From NCBI GenBank assembly GCA_004431415.1, contig QPMI01000071.1, forward strand, positions 1 through 64,000: a stretch of 64,000 nucleotides of DNA, written 5' to 3'. Numbering within the stretch: the first letter of the stretch is position 1; every line of letters begins with the position of its first letter. Shown piece by piece: positions 1-13,000 of this stretch. This DNA is from Cyanophora paradoxa CCMP329 (taxonomy: Eukaryota; Plantae; Glaucophyta). The position numbers were made by a program, and so were the translations under genes. The notes beneath the pieces are model-generated. The model did not search any database. It was not told the DNA's origin and was given only the letters and a program-made list of their open reading frames with translations.

Positions 1-3000
1 GGGCCGGATTTCGACTTCTTGCTCCATCATCTCCCAGAAAACCGCCATTCTTGCGATCGGGCCCGGCGATGCACGCCTCGACGCGCGCGCATCATTGAAA
101 CGACGCAGGCGATGTGGTGCTCCTCGCCGGTCGATGCCCGTCGGCGTGTAGCGCGGATCTCCCTGCAAACCGCGGCCCGCGATCTCGGCGATCGACGGCG
201 TGTCCAACGGCGCGCCGATTCGACGGAGAAAGTCCTCCGGAATGGTGAGAGCGGCCGCCAGTTTGGACTTGGACACGCACTCCAGGAACCGACGGGCGCC
301 CTCGGCCGTCGAGTAGTCGAGGGCGGCGTACTGGGGCACGTATTCGCTGCCCTCGGCCGGGCCCGGAATGGCCGTCCAGTAGAGGAGATCTTTGATTCGT
401 CTTCCGTATCGGGTGCCCAGAGAGGGTGCGCGATCTGGCGCAGCTGCTGTGGGACGAGGGCGGAAGGATGAAGGTCGGGGACTTTTCCGCCGCCCCTCAT
501 GCATCGCAAGGCCGCCGCAACGGCCGAATTGGCCGAGAGGTACGCGCGCACGTCGGACTCGTACTGCTCGCTCGTCGGGGCTGCCGTTGCGAGTCTGGGG
601 CTTCAGGGCGACGGCGAGGCGGGCGGCGTCGGCCACGTTTCCGGGCGGGTTGATGCGAAACTCGACAGGGGAGCCGTCGGGGCCTTGCCCCGCGCGATAC
701 ACGGGCTCGCCACCTTTACGAGTTTTCCGCCGAGTGATTCGATCGCGTAGGCGACGGCGCTCCGGTACACACGGTACAGGCAGGAATCCAGGCGCCGAGA
801 GAGAGTGGCGCGGTCCTCTGCGGTCCGAGCCTTTTTCGACGGCCTCTCTTCGCCTTCGGACCCTTTTCCACCGTCTTCGTCGGTGTCGGAAGCCGCCATC
901 TTGATCGCTTCAGATTCGGCATCTTCGAGGGCCTCCTCCTCGGGCGGCGCTCGGAGGGAGCCTTTAGAACCGCTGGCGAGAGAGGCCTCGAACTCCTCGA
1001 CAACGGCTTTGATCGCGCCGTCCGAGGCTCCCGTGTCGCCGCGAAGGGCGAGCGCCCTCGCCAGAAGAGGGCCTTCGACGATCTTTAGGTCGACGAGGGC
1101 GGGGCTCGCGGCGAGGCGGGCGAGTCCCGCCGCCTTGACATCGTCGATCGAACCGAAGGCGATGGTCGGCAGGTGAAAATTGAAGGGGTGGAGCGGATGG
1201 AGCGGGTGCAACTCGGGGACGCCGAGCGTTGCCAAGATCATCTCCGTGCTCTTCTTCACCCTCGTGAAGGGATTGCAGGCGGACCCGGACGAGTTCGAAG
1301 CGACGTTATCGATGTCGCACTTGGCCTCGCGCGCCGCGTACGTGGGCTCGTCGACCTGGGTGAGGTAGATGCCGAGGCGCGCGCGCCTACGCATCGACTC
1401 GATTGTCTTGCTGGCCATAAAGTCCTCCGGAGTTGTCGCGTAGAGCGGCTGCCCAAGCGTCATCGAGACCTGAGCCTTGTTTAAAACCGCCTGGATGGCC
1501 GACTCGTACTCCTCGTCGCATCATCCTGCGATATGCCGAACTCTTCGCCGAGAGAATTACCGCTCCCATTTCGATCGTCGCCGGACTTGGAGACGAAACG
1601 CACAAAATCCCCGTGGAAGCGGCAGTCGAAGGAGATGCCGGGGGTGGTAGCCAACAAATTCGGGGCGTACTCTTGAGATTTGTAGACGGCGTCCCCGGTC
1701 CGTCCCACCTCGGCCACCAAGGATTTGAATTCTTTCGCATCCAACGACACCCGTTCGAGGAGGTCCCCGTGGTTCGCGATGTAGACGCGCTGCGCGCCGA
1801 GATGGCACATCAACTTCTCCACGAGCATCCGATCGGGCCAGGTGTGATGCGCATTCCGCTCGGCGGTCACGTTTGCGTACACCATGGCGAGCAGGCGCTC
1901 CTCCTCAACATATTCGCGCCATCGCCGCTCGAAAGACTCGTCGTCCTCGTTGCGCTCGCGCTGAAAAGGTCGGAGCGACCCTTTTCCAACTCGGCCAGGC
2001 GTCCCGCCCAGGCGGACGAAAAGATGGCGTTCCGGGTCCACGGGAAGGGTGGCCTCCTTGTCCGCGTCCGAGAAACGCTGGCAGTACATGTTGAGACGTA
2101 CGTGGTTCGCCGAAGGAAGCTCTTCCAGATGCCGCACGCGGTTTTGCCTGGACCTCGCGATCCGTCCCTCCAGTCCGCCCAGCGTCCGTCATGAGCCTGA
2201 ACTTGGGCCGGAACACGTGCCCGTCGAAGCCGACTTGAACGACGTAGTTGGCCATGATCACATCCTTCGTATTCCATTTCTCGGCGTCGTTCAGGTCGCG
2301 TCGCCGCTCGGCGGGGCAGTCGGCGAAGCCCAAAAGGACCCGCTTTTCGGTAAATTGCGGGTTCAACGCGGCCATAACGGCGAAGTTCCGGAACATGTGC
2401 TGCTTGTCGGCGTGCAGGTTTGACGTTCGTATCACTGGTCGTCCCTTTGCGCTCTTTGTAGCCGGTTTCGGAAGGCATGCCGCGGAGAAGAAGGGGCTCC
2501 AGGCGATGGGCACGACAACGTGGACCTCTTCGCGGTAGCGAGCGAGGGACTCGGGCTCGAGAGTTGGAAGACGACCATCGTCTCGCCGGGCGTACCTGGG
2601 ACGCGAGAACTTCGAGGTGCCAAGGCTGCAAATCCTGGCACATCGCGATCACCGACTTGCTCCGTCGCATCGCACGGAGGAGTCTCTTCCACGATTTCTT
2701 CCGGATGCCGTTGAACGTCTCGGAGCTCGAAAAGCGACCGAGCAAGCAGTTAAGCTCGTCCGCAATGAGAATCCCGCGCCGCGAGTCGATGTTCTTGACG
2801 TTTTCAGCCTTGTGAAAGCTCTCCGCGCACACGACGATGCGATCGTGCATCAATCGCTTTTCTTGTCCCGTCTGCTCTTCTCCTTGGCATTTCCGGCACC
2901 GTCCCGGTAACCTCGGAAGCGCTGCGCGTGAAGGGGGCTGTTCTCGTCAACCTCGCCTTGCGCGCGTCCGTTTGCGATGTACGTAGCGTAGCGAGCCGTG

Positions 3001-5473
3001 GGCTCGGAGGCCGTGGCCTTCGATAAGAGTTGCGATTCGAGATAGTTGAGAAGTCCGTTCGGGTTGTCGGCGAGCACGGCGCGCGTCTTCTGCGCGCCGC
3101 ATCCGGCTGCAATCGCGATGGTGTGGGGAAGGGCCACCTTGGGGTCCGTTGAGGAGCGCAGCCGGGTCACCATCACGCCGTCGCCGAGGTGGGGAAGATC
3201 GTCGATCATGATGACCTTGTAATTGCACGACGGGTGTAGATGCCGCGGTCTTGTCGCCTCCGGGATGAGGGCTGGTCGATCGGGTGGCGAAAGATCCTGG
3301 GCGAGGCGGGCGCCACTGCGGGCGACGCGAAGGAGAGGTCGGGACGCGCGTCGGCCGAGTGACTGAGCATTGGCTCCAGAACGTTGGTTCGAATGGCATC
3401 CGAGACGGCCATCACTGGTCTTTGACCGGGTTTTGAAAGAAAATGCTCCGCTTGAGCTCCATGCCACACGCTCCGGCCATGAAGCGGGCCGGACCTGACC
3501 CGACTTGGCGACGGAGATAAAGTGCGTCGTCGAACTTTGTAAACGCGGCCCGCAACGCGGCCGCGTCCACGCGAGAGAGGGACGCGTTGCACGTCTCCGT
3601 CTGATCTTGACCGTTCAAGCTCTTGTAGCGGCACTTTACCCAGACTTTCCGTCGAGAAGGCTGACGCAGGCCATGTGGTTCGTCTCGTCCTTCGAGCCGT
3701 AGTAGACGGCAATGACGAGGCGGTTTACCTTGGCCTCGAGCACCTCCCAGTACGGATGGATGACGTCGCGTTCCTCGGCGGGCGTTGCGCCGACGGCGTC
3801 GAGGCTCCGAGCGAGCTTGGGAAGCGGCGGAAGGTCGGACTCGTACACGCACGAGTGGAGCATGGCGTTGAGGGTTTCGAAGAAATTCTTCTCGAGCTCC
3901 ACAATCTTTTCGCCCGGACCCCCGTATGCCGTCGTGGTGAAGTGGATCGCGTGGTTCAGCTCGCACTGAGAGCTCATACAACGGACGCTCGCCCGAAACA
4001 CGCCAGGCATGCCGTTTCCGCAAACGGTGACGAGGGCGCGGTTGGTCTTATGGTGGAGACCGTACGGACACTCGCCCTGCAACGCGTTGAGGGGATTCGG
4101 AACGGTCACAAAGTTGAAGTAATTGATGGTTCGGCCGCTGTTGCACGTCTTGGCGTTGCGGCTCGTAAACGTAAGCGCCCGATGGCCGTCCGGGAAGAGC
4201 TTTTCGCACACGCGAAACGCGACATCGAATGCCTCTTTGCACTCCGACGAGCCGCCGCCGACGTCGCTACCAGCGATTGTAATCGACGGCACCGGTAGCG
4301 CGCTCGGTGGCTGGCCGTGGGAAGACTCGCCGACGCTCGGGATGGATGGATTGCTCGTAGTTCGCTGCGATATAGTCGTGAAGGCGACGGAGGTGCCCCG
4401 AGAACGCCTCGATCGCCCGGGTCGGGCGCCTCGCGAGGGATGGGAACATCGAGGAAATCTTTGTTGGGGTCGAGCGGTGGGTAGATCATCGCACAGTACG
4501 AGTTGCTCTTCGGGTTTCGCGCGTCCGGAAGGCGTAGACCTTGGCCGCGGCTCCAAACTCCCTCGTCGACATGACGCGAGATGCAGGCGATCTTCTCCTC
4601 GGAGAGCACCTTGAAAACCCGCGAGAACCGCGCCGAGATCTCGTTGCGAAGGCTAGACGCGCCCTCCGGATTGTCCAGACGAAGGCAAAAATGCTCAAAG
4701 TCGTCGTGAAAGACATGGGCCCCGCGGAAGCCCAGGACGACGAAGGGCTTACGGTCGGGACCGAAAGTCTTTGCGATCTCGACGGCGCACTCGACCACAC
4801 GCTCCAGCGCGGCGCTACCGCGGATGTACTCGGCGTACGTGCGGCATTTGTCAAAGTGCTCCTTAAGGGACTTGAGCGCCGCGCCGTCGCCCATCCGGTG
4901 CGCGCTGCTCGACGATTTGAGAAGCTTCTCGCGTCCAGCGCACGCCTCGCTCAGGTCGGCGTCCACATCCACATAGGCGCGGCTGTACACGACGGTTTCG
5001 CGACCGCCCGACGCCGCGATCACCTTGTAGTCGAAGGTGGACTTGAGGAACTTGCCGCGAAAATCATCTGCCTCCAGACGACGAGCGGAATGGAAGGCGA
5101 ATTTTGGGCCAATGTACGGATTGTGGGGATTGTTTCCGACGGGCTTGACGAAGGCCTCGATTGTCGGCGGGGGAGAGGGCCAGGGCGGCTCGGCGCGCTC
5201 GGAGCCGGCGGCCTCTGGTGCGGCGAGCTCGAGCATGCGCGTGCCCGCGACGCACGCGTCCGCCATCTCGACATCGACGTCGCGATCGGCCGTCGAGATC
5301 GCCTTGGCCCCCGCCGCGGCCTCGCGATCGTGGTTCGCCGGCAACACCTCCATGCTCTTCGTTTGCGATATCGATATCGATTGTGCGCCGATTTCAGCGC
5401 CCCGTTCGCCTTTTCCAGCAGCAGGCGAGGGTGGAAGAATCGCACGAATTCGTGCGTCCGTCTCGACACTCAT
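1..5473 (-). CDS. Primase-helicase fusion, copy 1 (3' end outside window; apparent frameshifts)
   Basis: Same sequence as 34177-39669, split over several ORFs by 1-nt indels absent from copy 2. Confidence 0.8.
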
Positions 5474-5586
5474 GTCCGAGGGCCGGGTACCGTCGACGTC
5501 CGGGGCCCGGACCTTCACGGCACGCCCCGGGCCCGTCTCCTTATATATGTGCCGGCCCCTCCCGGCACGTGCACGGCCCCACGGCC

Positions 5587-6023
5587 ATGACCATGGCCAT
5601 GGCCCCTCCTCGAGCTCCCGAGCCCCGCGTCGGGGATCGCGTCCCCCGGCCCCTCCCCGCCCCCGCCCGGACCTGCCGGGCCTGCGGCGGAGCCGCTCCT
5701 CTCGTCCGCCGCAGTGCACTCTGCTGCGCCTGCCGAGCGCGGTACGAGCGCGAGCGCAGGAGGGCCGTGCGCGTGACCGCGGGGGGCCCCTGCCCCGCGG
5801 CCAGCGACGTCGACCCCCGCGTCGGACGCGTGCGCCGCATCTGCAAGCGATCCGACGGGCTCGTCGTCGCCTACTGCGGCCGCTGCCGAATCGTTACCCC
5901 TCCAGTCCTTCCAGATGGCGACTGAGGCAGGTTTTACAACGGTGCCCAACGTGTCGGCGCGAGGACGATCGAGCTAGAGCGGCGATGCTGAGGGGGCGCG
6001 CCGTCTTGGAGAAAATTGCATAA
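5587..6023 (+). CDS. Small Cys-rich zinc-ribbon protein, copy 1 (indels)
   Basis: Duplicate of 39783-40223. Confidence 0.5.
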
Positions 6024-6065
6024 ATAGATGCGAAACGCGGGAGCATTCGAGGTACCCACTGGGCC

Positions 6066-6737
6066 ATGACGCTCGAGCTCGTCCCGTACGACCCCAAGTG
6101 GGGCGCTGCCCGCTGCTGGCTCGCCGTCGAGCCCGAAGAGGATTCGAGCGTGCGGTACGAGGCGGTTGAGCAGCCGCTCGATGGGGACCCGGCGAGGGAT
6201 TTTCGCGCACGTCGTCAGCACGAACAGTTTGCGACGCTTTGCTTTGTGGCGTGGCGGTGCTTTCGCAATCGTTTCCGCGAGCCTCCTCGGGGAATCTGCG
6301 TTCCGGACGAGTGTCCCGTCTGTCTGGACCGCCTCTTGCGGCCCGTCGCCCTCTCCTGCGGACACGTAATGGATTTCCACTGCCTCGTACGCGTGCATCA
6401 CGCCACGTGCCCCCTCTGCCGCGCCGCGGTCGAGCCAGACGGGATCTACGCGCTGACCGACGAGCACCGTCGCCGGGCGGCCTCGGAGGAGGGTTACGTC
6501 CAGCGGCTTCGCGAGGCCGCCTCGCCCGACGGCGATCTCGGCTGGATGGCCGATCGGATCCGGCGAAGGCTCGCGGACCCGTCTTGGATGGCGTGGGACT
6601 CGGCCGAAGAGCGCGAGAGGAAGGCGCGCCTGCAATTGTACAGAAACTGCGGCGCGTCGAGGGCTGCGGCCGGTATCGATGCTCCATTTTCGCAGAGAGC
6701 CTCGGCCGTGGCGGTCGGCGGCGCATGCGCAGGCTGA
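6066..6737 (+). CDS. RING-finger protein (C3HC4-like, Asp at one ligand position)
   Basis: CPVCLDRLLRPVALSCGHVMDFHCLVRVHHATCPLCR. Confidence 0.85.
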   Translation: MTLELVPYDPKWGAARCWLAVEPEEDSSVRYEAVEQPLDGDPARDFRARRQHEQFATLCFVAWRCFRNRFREPPRGICVPDECPVCLDRLLRPVALSCGHVMDFHCLVRVHHATCPLCRAAVEPDGIYALTDEHRRRAASEEGYVQRLREAASPDGDLGWMADRIRRRLADPSWMAWDSAEERERKARLQLYRNCGASRAAAGIDAPFSQRASAVAVGGACAG

Positions 6738-8027
6738 ACGTCGGACGCGTATACGTGCATGTACGCGTACGTATAGCGCGTATACGGCCGCAACCATAGC
6801 CAGTCGAGCTAACGTACGCGAAGTACTCAGCCGAGTCCCAGTACGAGTAAACTTGTAAATGAAATGAATCAAAATCGTCCTCGTCGAGCTCGAGCTCGAG
6901 AGAGTGTGTCGCGGTCGCGGCCGATAGCGATAGCACAACGCGAGCACGTCCGCGCGCGGCGTGGGCGTCGGCCCTCGGCAGGCCGGCGCCCCACGCACAG
7001 GCCTAAGGTCGGCGCGCGCGCGACCATGGGCGGCGCGCCCTCGAGCTCGAGCTCGAACGCGAGCTGGCGGCGCCTGGCGCTCGCGGCGGGCGCGGCGGAG
7101 CGCGGACGCGCGCGCAATTCGTGTCTCAGCGCGGGACAGCGCCGGCGGATGGCTATAGGCTATAGCTAGCGCTGGCGCCGCCGGGCCGGCCGCGTCGGCG
7201 CGGGGGCCCGGGGGCTCGAGCTCGGCGCCTCGCCCCGGACTTCGAGCGCCCGCGGCCGGCGCAGCACTAGTACGTATACTGGGATCCGGACCGCCGGCGC
7301 CGGACCGGCTGCAGGGGCCGGGCCGCGGCCGCCGGGCTCGGCGTCGCGCGCGGCGACATCGATCTCAGGAGTCCCGCGCCCGTTGCCGGGCCACTCCGAG
7401 CCCCTAGGCAAAGCGGCCTCGCCTCCGTGACAGATCTAGCCATAGACGGCCGCGGCCCGCGCCGCGGGCCGCGCGCGGGCCCGGCGGGCGGCGGGCGGAG
7501 GCGATTGCGACCCTAGATGGTTCGCCCTCGGCTCCGTGACAGTGACTCAGTGACTCTACCGGTACGGCGGTACCGTCTCTACGGCGGAGTCTACGCCGAC
7601 TCGACGTGCGACGTCGACGTCGACTCTCTCGCCGAGTCCCGGCCCCCGGGTCCGGGTCCGACGTCGACGCCGACTCGACGTCGACGGTCGCCGAGTAACA
7701 TCACTGTACAGTGTACATATATACTATGATACTCAGGCTATGATATATATGTACACCATAGTCGAGCTCGAGCGGCCGTCGGACCGCGAGTACTACGGTA
7801 CGAGTTCCGAAGTTCGAATTCGAAGAACTGATCATGATGCGCATGCGCATTCAATGATTCAATGATATCGATCATGATCATGATCATGATTGCGCATGCG
7901 CCGTGCACATGTACTAGGTACGTCATCATCGGCGTCATGATGATATGGATGCCATGATGCGCATCACGCGCGCGACGGGTACCGGGCGTACTACCGGCCC
8001 GGCGGTGGTCCAGCTAGTGCAGTCGAC

Positions 8028-8160
8028 GTCGCGTTGAAGTTCACGCGACGGGTGGTCCGGTGCAGTCGCGTTGAAGTTCACGCGACGGGTGGTGCTGTGC
8101 AGTCGCGTTGAAGTTCACGCGACGGGTGGTCCGGTGCAGTCGCGTTGAAGTTCACGCGAC
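8028..8160. repeat. 4 x 37-bp tandem repeat, each with the imperfect palindrome GTCGCGTTGAAGTTCACGCGAC
   Basis: Palindrome starts at 8028, 8065, 8102 and 8139; an AT-rich tract follows. Confidence 0.9.
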
Positions 8161-10033
8161 GGTCCAGGGCAAAACGAAATAATTTCGATCATGAAAATAA
8201 TTCTATTTTCCATGAATGACCCCCCGAGCCGGCGCGCGAGGGGCCCGAGGGCTCAGGTCTTTTATATGTTTTGAGCCCATGGGACACGCGCGAGGGGCTG
8301 CGCGAGGGGTCTTTTATATCATTTAGAATTAGATGTCGGCCAAAAATAGACCCGGCCGGGGGCCGGGACCGAAAATAAAATTTTTAATTTAATTGCCACG
8401 TATAAAAACGTACCGGAATTGCCGAGTCGATAAATTGCCGAGGCCAGCTAGACAATTAAATTGAGACAATTGCCAAGTTCTTCTATGGCGTCCTAAGAGA
8501 ATCCCTACCCCAAACAACATTGCCGTGTCGTTAAATTGCCGAATTCGGCGCGCGTATACGTCTCGGCAATTATTAATTACTAAGTTAATTAATATTTGCG
8601 GCAAGTTGCCGGCAACTACGCGGCCTACGCCGGCCGTAATGCGGCCGCGGTACTACCGTACGCGTAGTACGTATACAGCCCGGCCGCGGCCCGCCGTATA
8701 CGTACTACGTAGTAGTACGGTAGTACTACGTATACGCGGCGACCGCGGCGCCAGGCGCCGCCAGCTATAGCTATTAGCTACTAGCCTAGTAGGCTATAGC
8801 CTACAGCTGCGCTTCTGCGCTACAGCTCACCCGGCGGTCGGAGCTGTACGTATACTACTACGTATACGTAACCGTCGCGACCGCCCGGTGCGCGCGCGCG
8901 CCGCCCCAGTCGATCCCAGACTCCGGCCAGGCTCCCGCCGGCCGGCCCTCGAACGGACCGTCGGACGCAGGCGCGCCCGATTTGCCGCGGGTAGAATCTG
9001 GCAGTTCGCTACCATTAGCTCGGTCGAACGAGCGTCGATCCGAGCACCATGCATATATATATGCATATGCATGTCGATGGCGACGTCGACGGCCCATCAA
9101 AGTGCGCATGCGTGGCGGGCGAAGAACCGATCTGGACCCTCGAGATGATGTTAGATCACTTTTCAAAGTTTCGCGCAGGACCCCGCCGACGCATTTTGAT
9201 GGCTCACTCGACCGAGCCTCCCGCCCGTCGGAGGCAGCTCTAATGCATCAAACGTTGATTACTGATCGCTCTCTTATTCGCATCGAGGAGGACGATGATG
9301 GCTCGCGCGCCCGGGCCGCTCGGGCGCTCTAGATCTAGATCTGCGGCCAAGACTTCCCTCCGCAGTGCGCTTTAGCGAGCGCGTGCACGCACTGTTGTCG
9401 TTCTGTAACGCATACCGCGCGGTTGAACTCAAGATGGAGTTCTCGCCGCACGGGGGCTATGCGCGTGCACAACGCGGAGACGCGCTTGCGGCCGTCCGCC
9501 GCCGCGGGCCCTCCCCGCCGCGCCCGTTCCTCCGGAGTCCAGCCCGCGCTGCCCGCCACCGTCCGCCGCCCGGCCGCGGCCTCGCCCGCCGCGCCCCGTT
9601 CTCTAGCCCGCACTGCGGCCATCCGCCGCCGCGGGCCCTCGCCCGCCGGCGCGCCGCGTCCCGTCCCTCCATCCCTCCCTCCGGATCCGTACTAGTCTCG
9701 CCCCTGCGCTTCCATTGTTCGCCACATTGCGACGGAAAAGGATTTCTAATTATAAAATGGAACAACGTTCTATAGCATAGCTACTAGCTCGAGGCTCTAG
9801 GGCTCTCTAGATATGGAGTATGTAGTTCGCTTATCAATCGGGGCATGCGCACCCCTGCTTTCCTTTCCCCGACCAGAATCTGACTTTCTCTCTTCTTTTG
9901 CAATCAGAAACCTCTTTACATACACGTTAACCAATCTGTAATAAGAAGAACAAGAACGTAATAAAAGTACAAGGTTTTTAATTGTCCGAAGAGTACTAGA
10001 CTAGTTAAATTAAAGGAAAGATAGAACGAAAGC

Positions 10034-13000
10034 CTAAATCATACCATCAAATTGTCGCCGATCGCCCGCTTGTGCCTGGCGGAGGAGTGTGATTCGAGCA
10101 CGAGATGACAGGAGGCGGTTCCGAACGCGGCGCATCCTCGTCGACCTCGTCGGCCTTGCGCTTGCGGCTGCTGGGGCGAGGTGTCGGCGGCGTTGCTCCA
10201 TCTTTGCGCGAGGATCAAGGTTGGGCGCGAGGCACGGTCGCACTGCATACCTTTCGGAGAGCGACGGCGTGGCGACCGTACGGGGGCTTGGCGGGCGCCC
10301 TGCTCGCCGCGTGCGCTCGCGCGCGCGCCCGGCACGAGGTACTCTCCTCGCGGAGCGGAGCTTTGGCGACCTCTACGCTTTTGCGGGCTGTTGCCGGTGC
10401 CCACGGTCGCCGCCGATGCCGCGGCGCAGACGCGGGCGCGATGCAGCGCCGCGCCCCCGCCGCGTCCTCGGAACGCCTCCCTCGCGCTTGCCCGTGCGAA
10501 ATGCTTCGCATTGCGCGAGGACCGTCCAGCGGCTCTTCGGCTCCCCTCGGCGGACGGCCTGTTTCACGCTCTCGTAGTCGATGTCCTTTTCTGTCGCCTG
10601 ATTAAGCAAGAACGGGGCACGCGATGGGACGGACCTGATTCGTGGAGATGAACCCGAAAACTTCCTCGAAGACCTGGTACGTGAAGCCCGTACATTGCGT
10701 CCGACGCGAGCTCGTCAGTTCGTCGCGAAGCACTCCTCACGGAAGAGACGCTTGACCGACGGGGAGTCCCTTTCCTGCCGCTTCTCGTTCTTCACATTGG
10801 CCGCTCCTCCTGCTTGAACTTCATGATGGACTTGATGATCTCGCGGCGGAGTTTGGCTCGGTGGCATGAAGATGCTGCGAACAGGATTAAACGCGAACGA
10901 ATACGCACAGGACGGCGTACTCTTCCGAAGCGACGAAAAAACTTGTCGTCATGTTGAGCGGATAGTTGGTCGCGGCGACTATAATCGGACACGGCCGGGT
11001 CGCTGTGCGAACTCGCCGGTGCTCGACGTCGTTGTAGAGTTTGTCCACCGCCGTCGCAACTAACACTCTGTGAGTCGCGGGAAACGTGCACGAGCACTCG
11101 AGCGTACCGTGTTCAGGACCTTCTCTGCAGTTCGTCCGTCGACGGCTTGGAAGCTGGACGGTCGTATCCACCTCGCTGGACCAGACGTATTACGAGAGCG
11201 CCATATTTATCACAGGAATCGAGGTGAACGCACTCTAACATAAAAACGACGTCTGCATGTCGTGGGCGATGTTGAAGAACGCCTCGACGACCTTCTCGGA
11301 TTGCCCGTACTGCTGCAAGATCAGGGATGGAGCGGGTGCGCCGGCGAACGGCGAGCACGTATTCGTTGATCTGGACGGCTTGTACTCGAGGAAGCTGTAC
11401 CCGATGCGGCGAGCGAGCTCGCGCGCGAACTGTGACTTGCCTGTGCCCTGCGCGACGCAAATCAGCGAGCGCGAAGCGGGCCCCGCGCGGAATCACGACC
11501 GGCGGGCCGAACAAGAGACTCCAGTGGCGAGAGGCGCTGAAGGGACGGCCATCGTCCGCCGCCTCGTCTCCCTCGTCGGGGTCCAACCGGTTTGGACCGA
11601 GGGCCTGCTCGAGGTCTTCCATGGTCCCCTCCGGAACGACTGGCGACCGAGTCGGATAAGATTCATCGAGGCGCGGCGACACGCTCGCACCATAGGGATG
11701 CATGCTCGCGAGGCGCTCGTTGTCGATGAACGCCTTTTGATGTTCTCCGCGGCCTCCGCCTGAGCCCACACACCGCCTTGCCCCACGCCGTTTCGAAGTC
11801 CAACTTTCTGTCGGAGAACGTGAGAACGGATCGCCCCCGCCGCGAGGTGCGGGCAAGAGGCACCGATCCATGTCGGGGTCGGTCTTGGCCATTGTGGTGC
11901 AGGTAGAGGGGGTGTTCGGTGGTAGATTGGATCTCGGGTCGAGGAGGCATGACAGAAGGGCGTCGTCGCCACGCAAGCCTTCCTCCGCCACGTGTGCTTC
12001 TAGCGACCTTCGGACGGTCTTGATGAGCTCATCTCCGCGCTCCGCTTCTGCCGCCTACTCTCCTCGCTCTTCGACGCTCGACCGCCCTTGGCGGGGGCGG
12101 GGGCGCGGCCGCCGCGCCGGAGCCGTCGGCGCCGCCCCCGCCCCCGGCGCGCGTGCTCCTCCACATCGAGGACCGCCTGCCCAAGAGAGAAGTTGGGCGC
12201 GTTGAGCTTCTTCACGTGCGTTCGCGTCGTCTTCGGGCCCATCATGCGCAGACAGGGAAACGCCCGGAGCGCCGCGCCGATCTTGCGAATCCGCAGAAGC
12301 TGCGCATGCGAGCGAGGCGTCAGGGTGGCGCCCGCGCCGACGAGCGGGATCGGGCGGACCACATCGACCAAATTCTTCTTCCCCTTTTCGATGTCGGTGT
12401 GGTTGACCGTCTTGTCGCGAAAGTCTTGGACCGTCCCCGTCGTTTCGAGGAGAGCATCTTCGCCCAGTCGAGCTTGCCGCCCGGATCTCGATCGAAATCC
12501 GCTATCTTCTCCTCGACGAGGCCTCGAATCCGTTCGCTCAGGGTCTTGCTGCTCAACGACTCGACCGCTCGCCCCGCCTTCTTCTGCGCATCCTCCTCCT
12601 CTATCCGCCGACCTCGTACTCGTAGAAAGGACGACATACTGCGACGAAAGAGCTCGTCGGCGGCAGAGTGGGAATGGGATTGGGAGGCGTTGTACCTGGC
12701 AAACCATCATAAAGGTCGCGGTGTTCTCCAGCTCGCCTGCCGTGACGATGGAAGCGGCCGCCGACATGAACCGATCCAGCTCCCTGTACTTGCTCGATCG
12801 TTCTTGATTTGCGAGATGAGATCCACAGGTGCGGAGGCGGCGAGCCCGCGCATGGCCGCGGACAGCTCGCCCGACGCGAACGGGTTGACGCTGACAATTG
12901 CGCTGTTGGAGGAGCTTTCGCTCGCATCCGCCACCACCGTGCCCGCTGGCGCCGGCGCCGTGCTCGACGACGGCAAGGCTGCGGCTGGCGAATGCTGAGG

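Noticed and set aside
1-5473. Pseudogene status for frameshifted genes
   Set aside because: The indels are complementary between copies and look like sequencing error.
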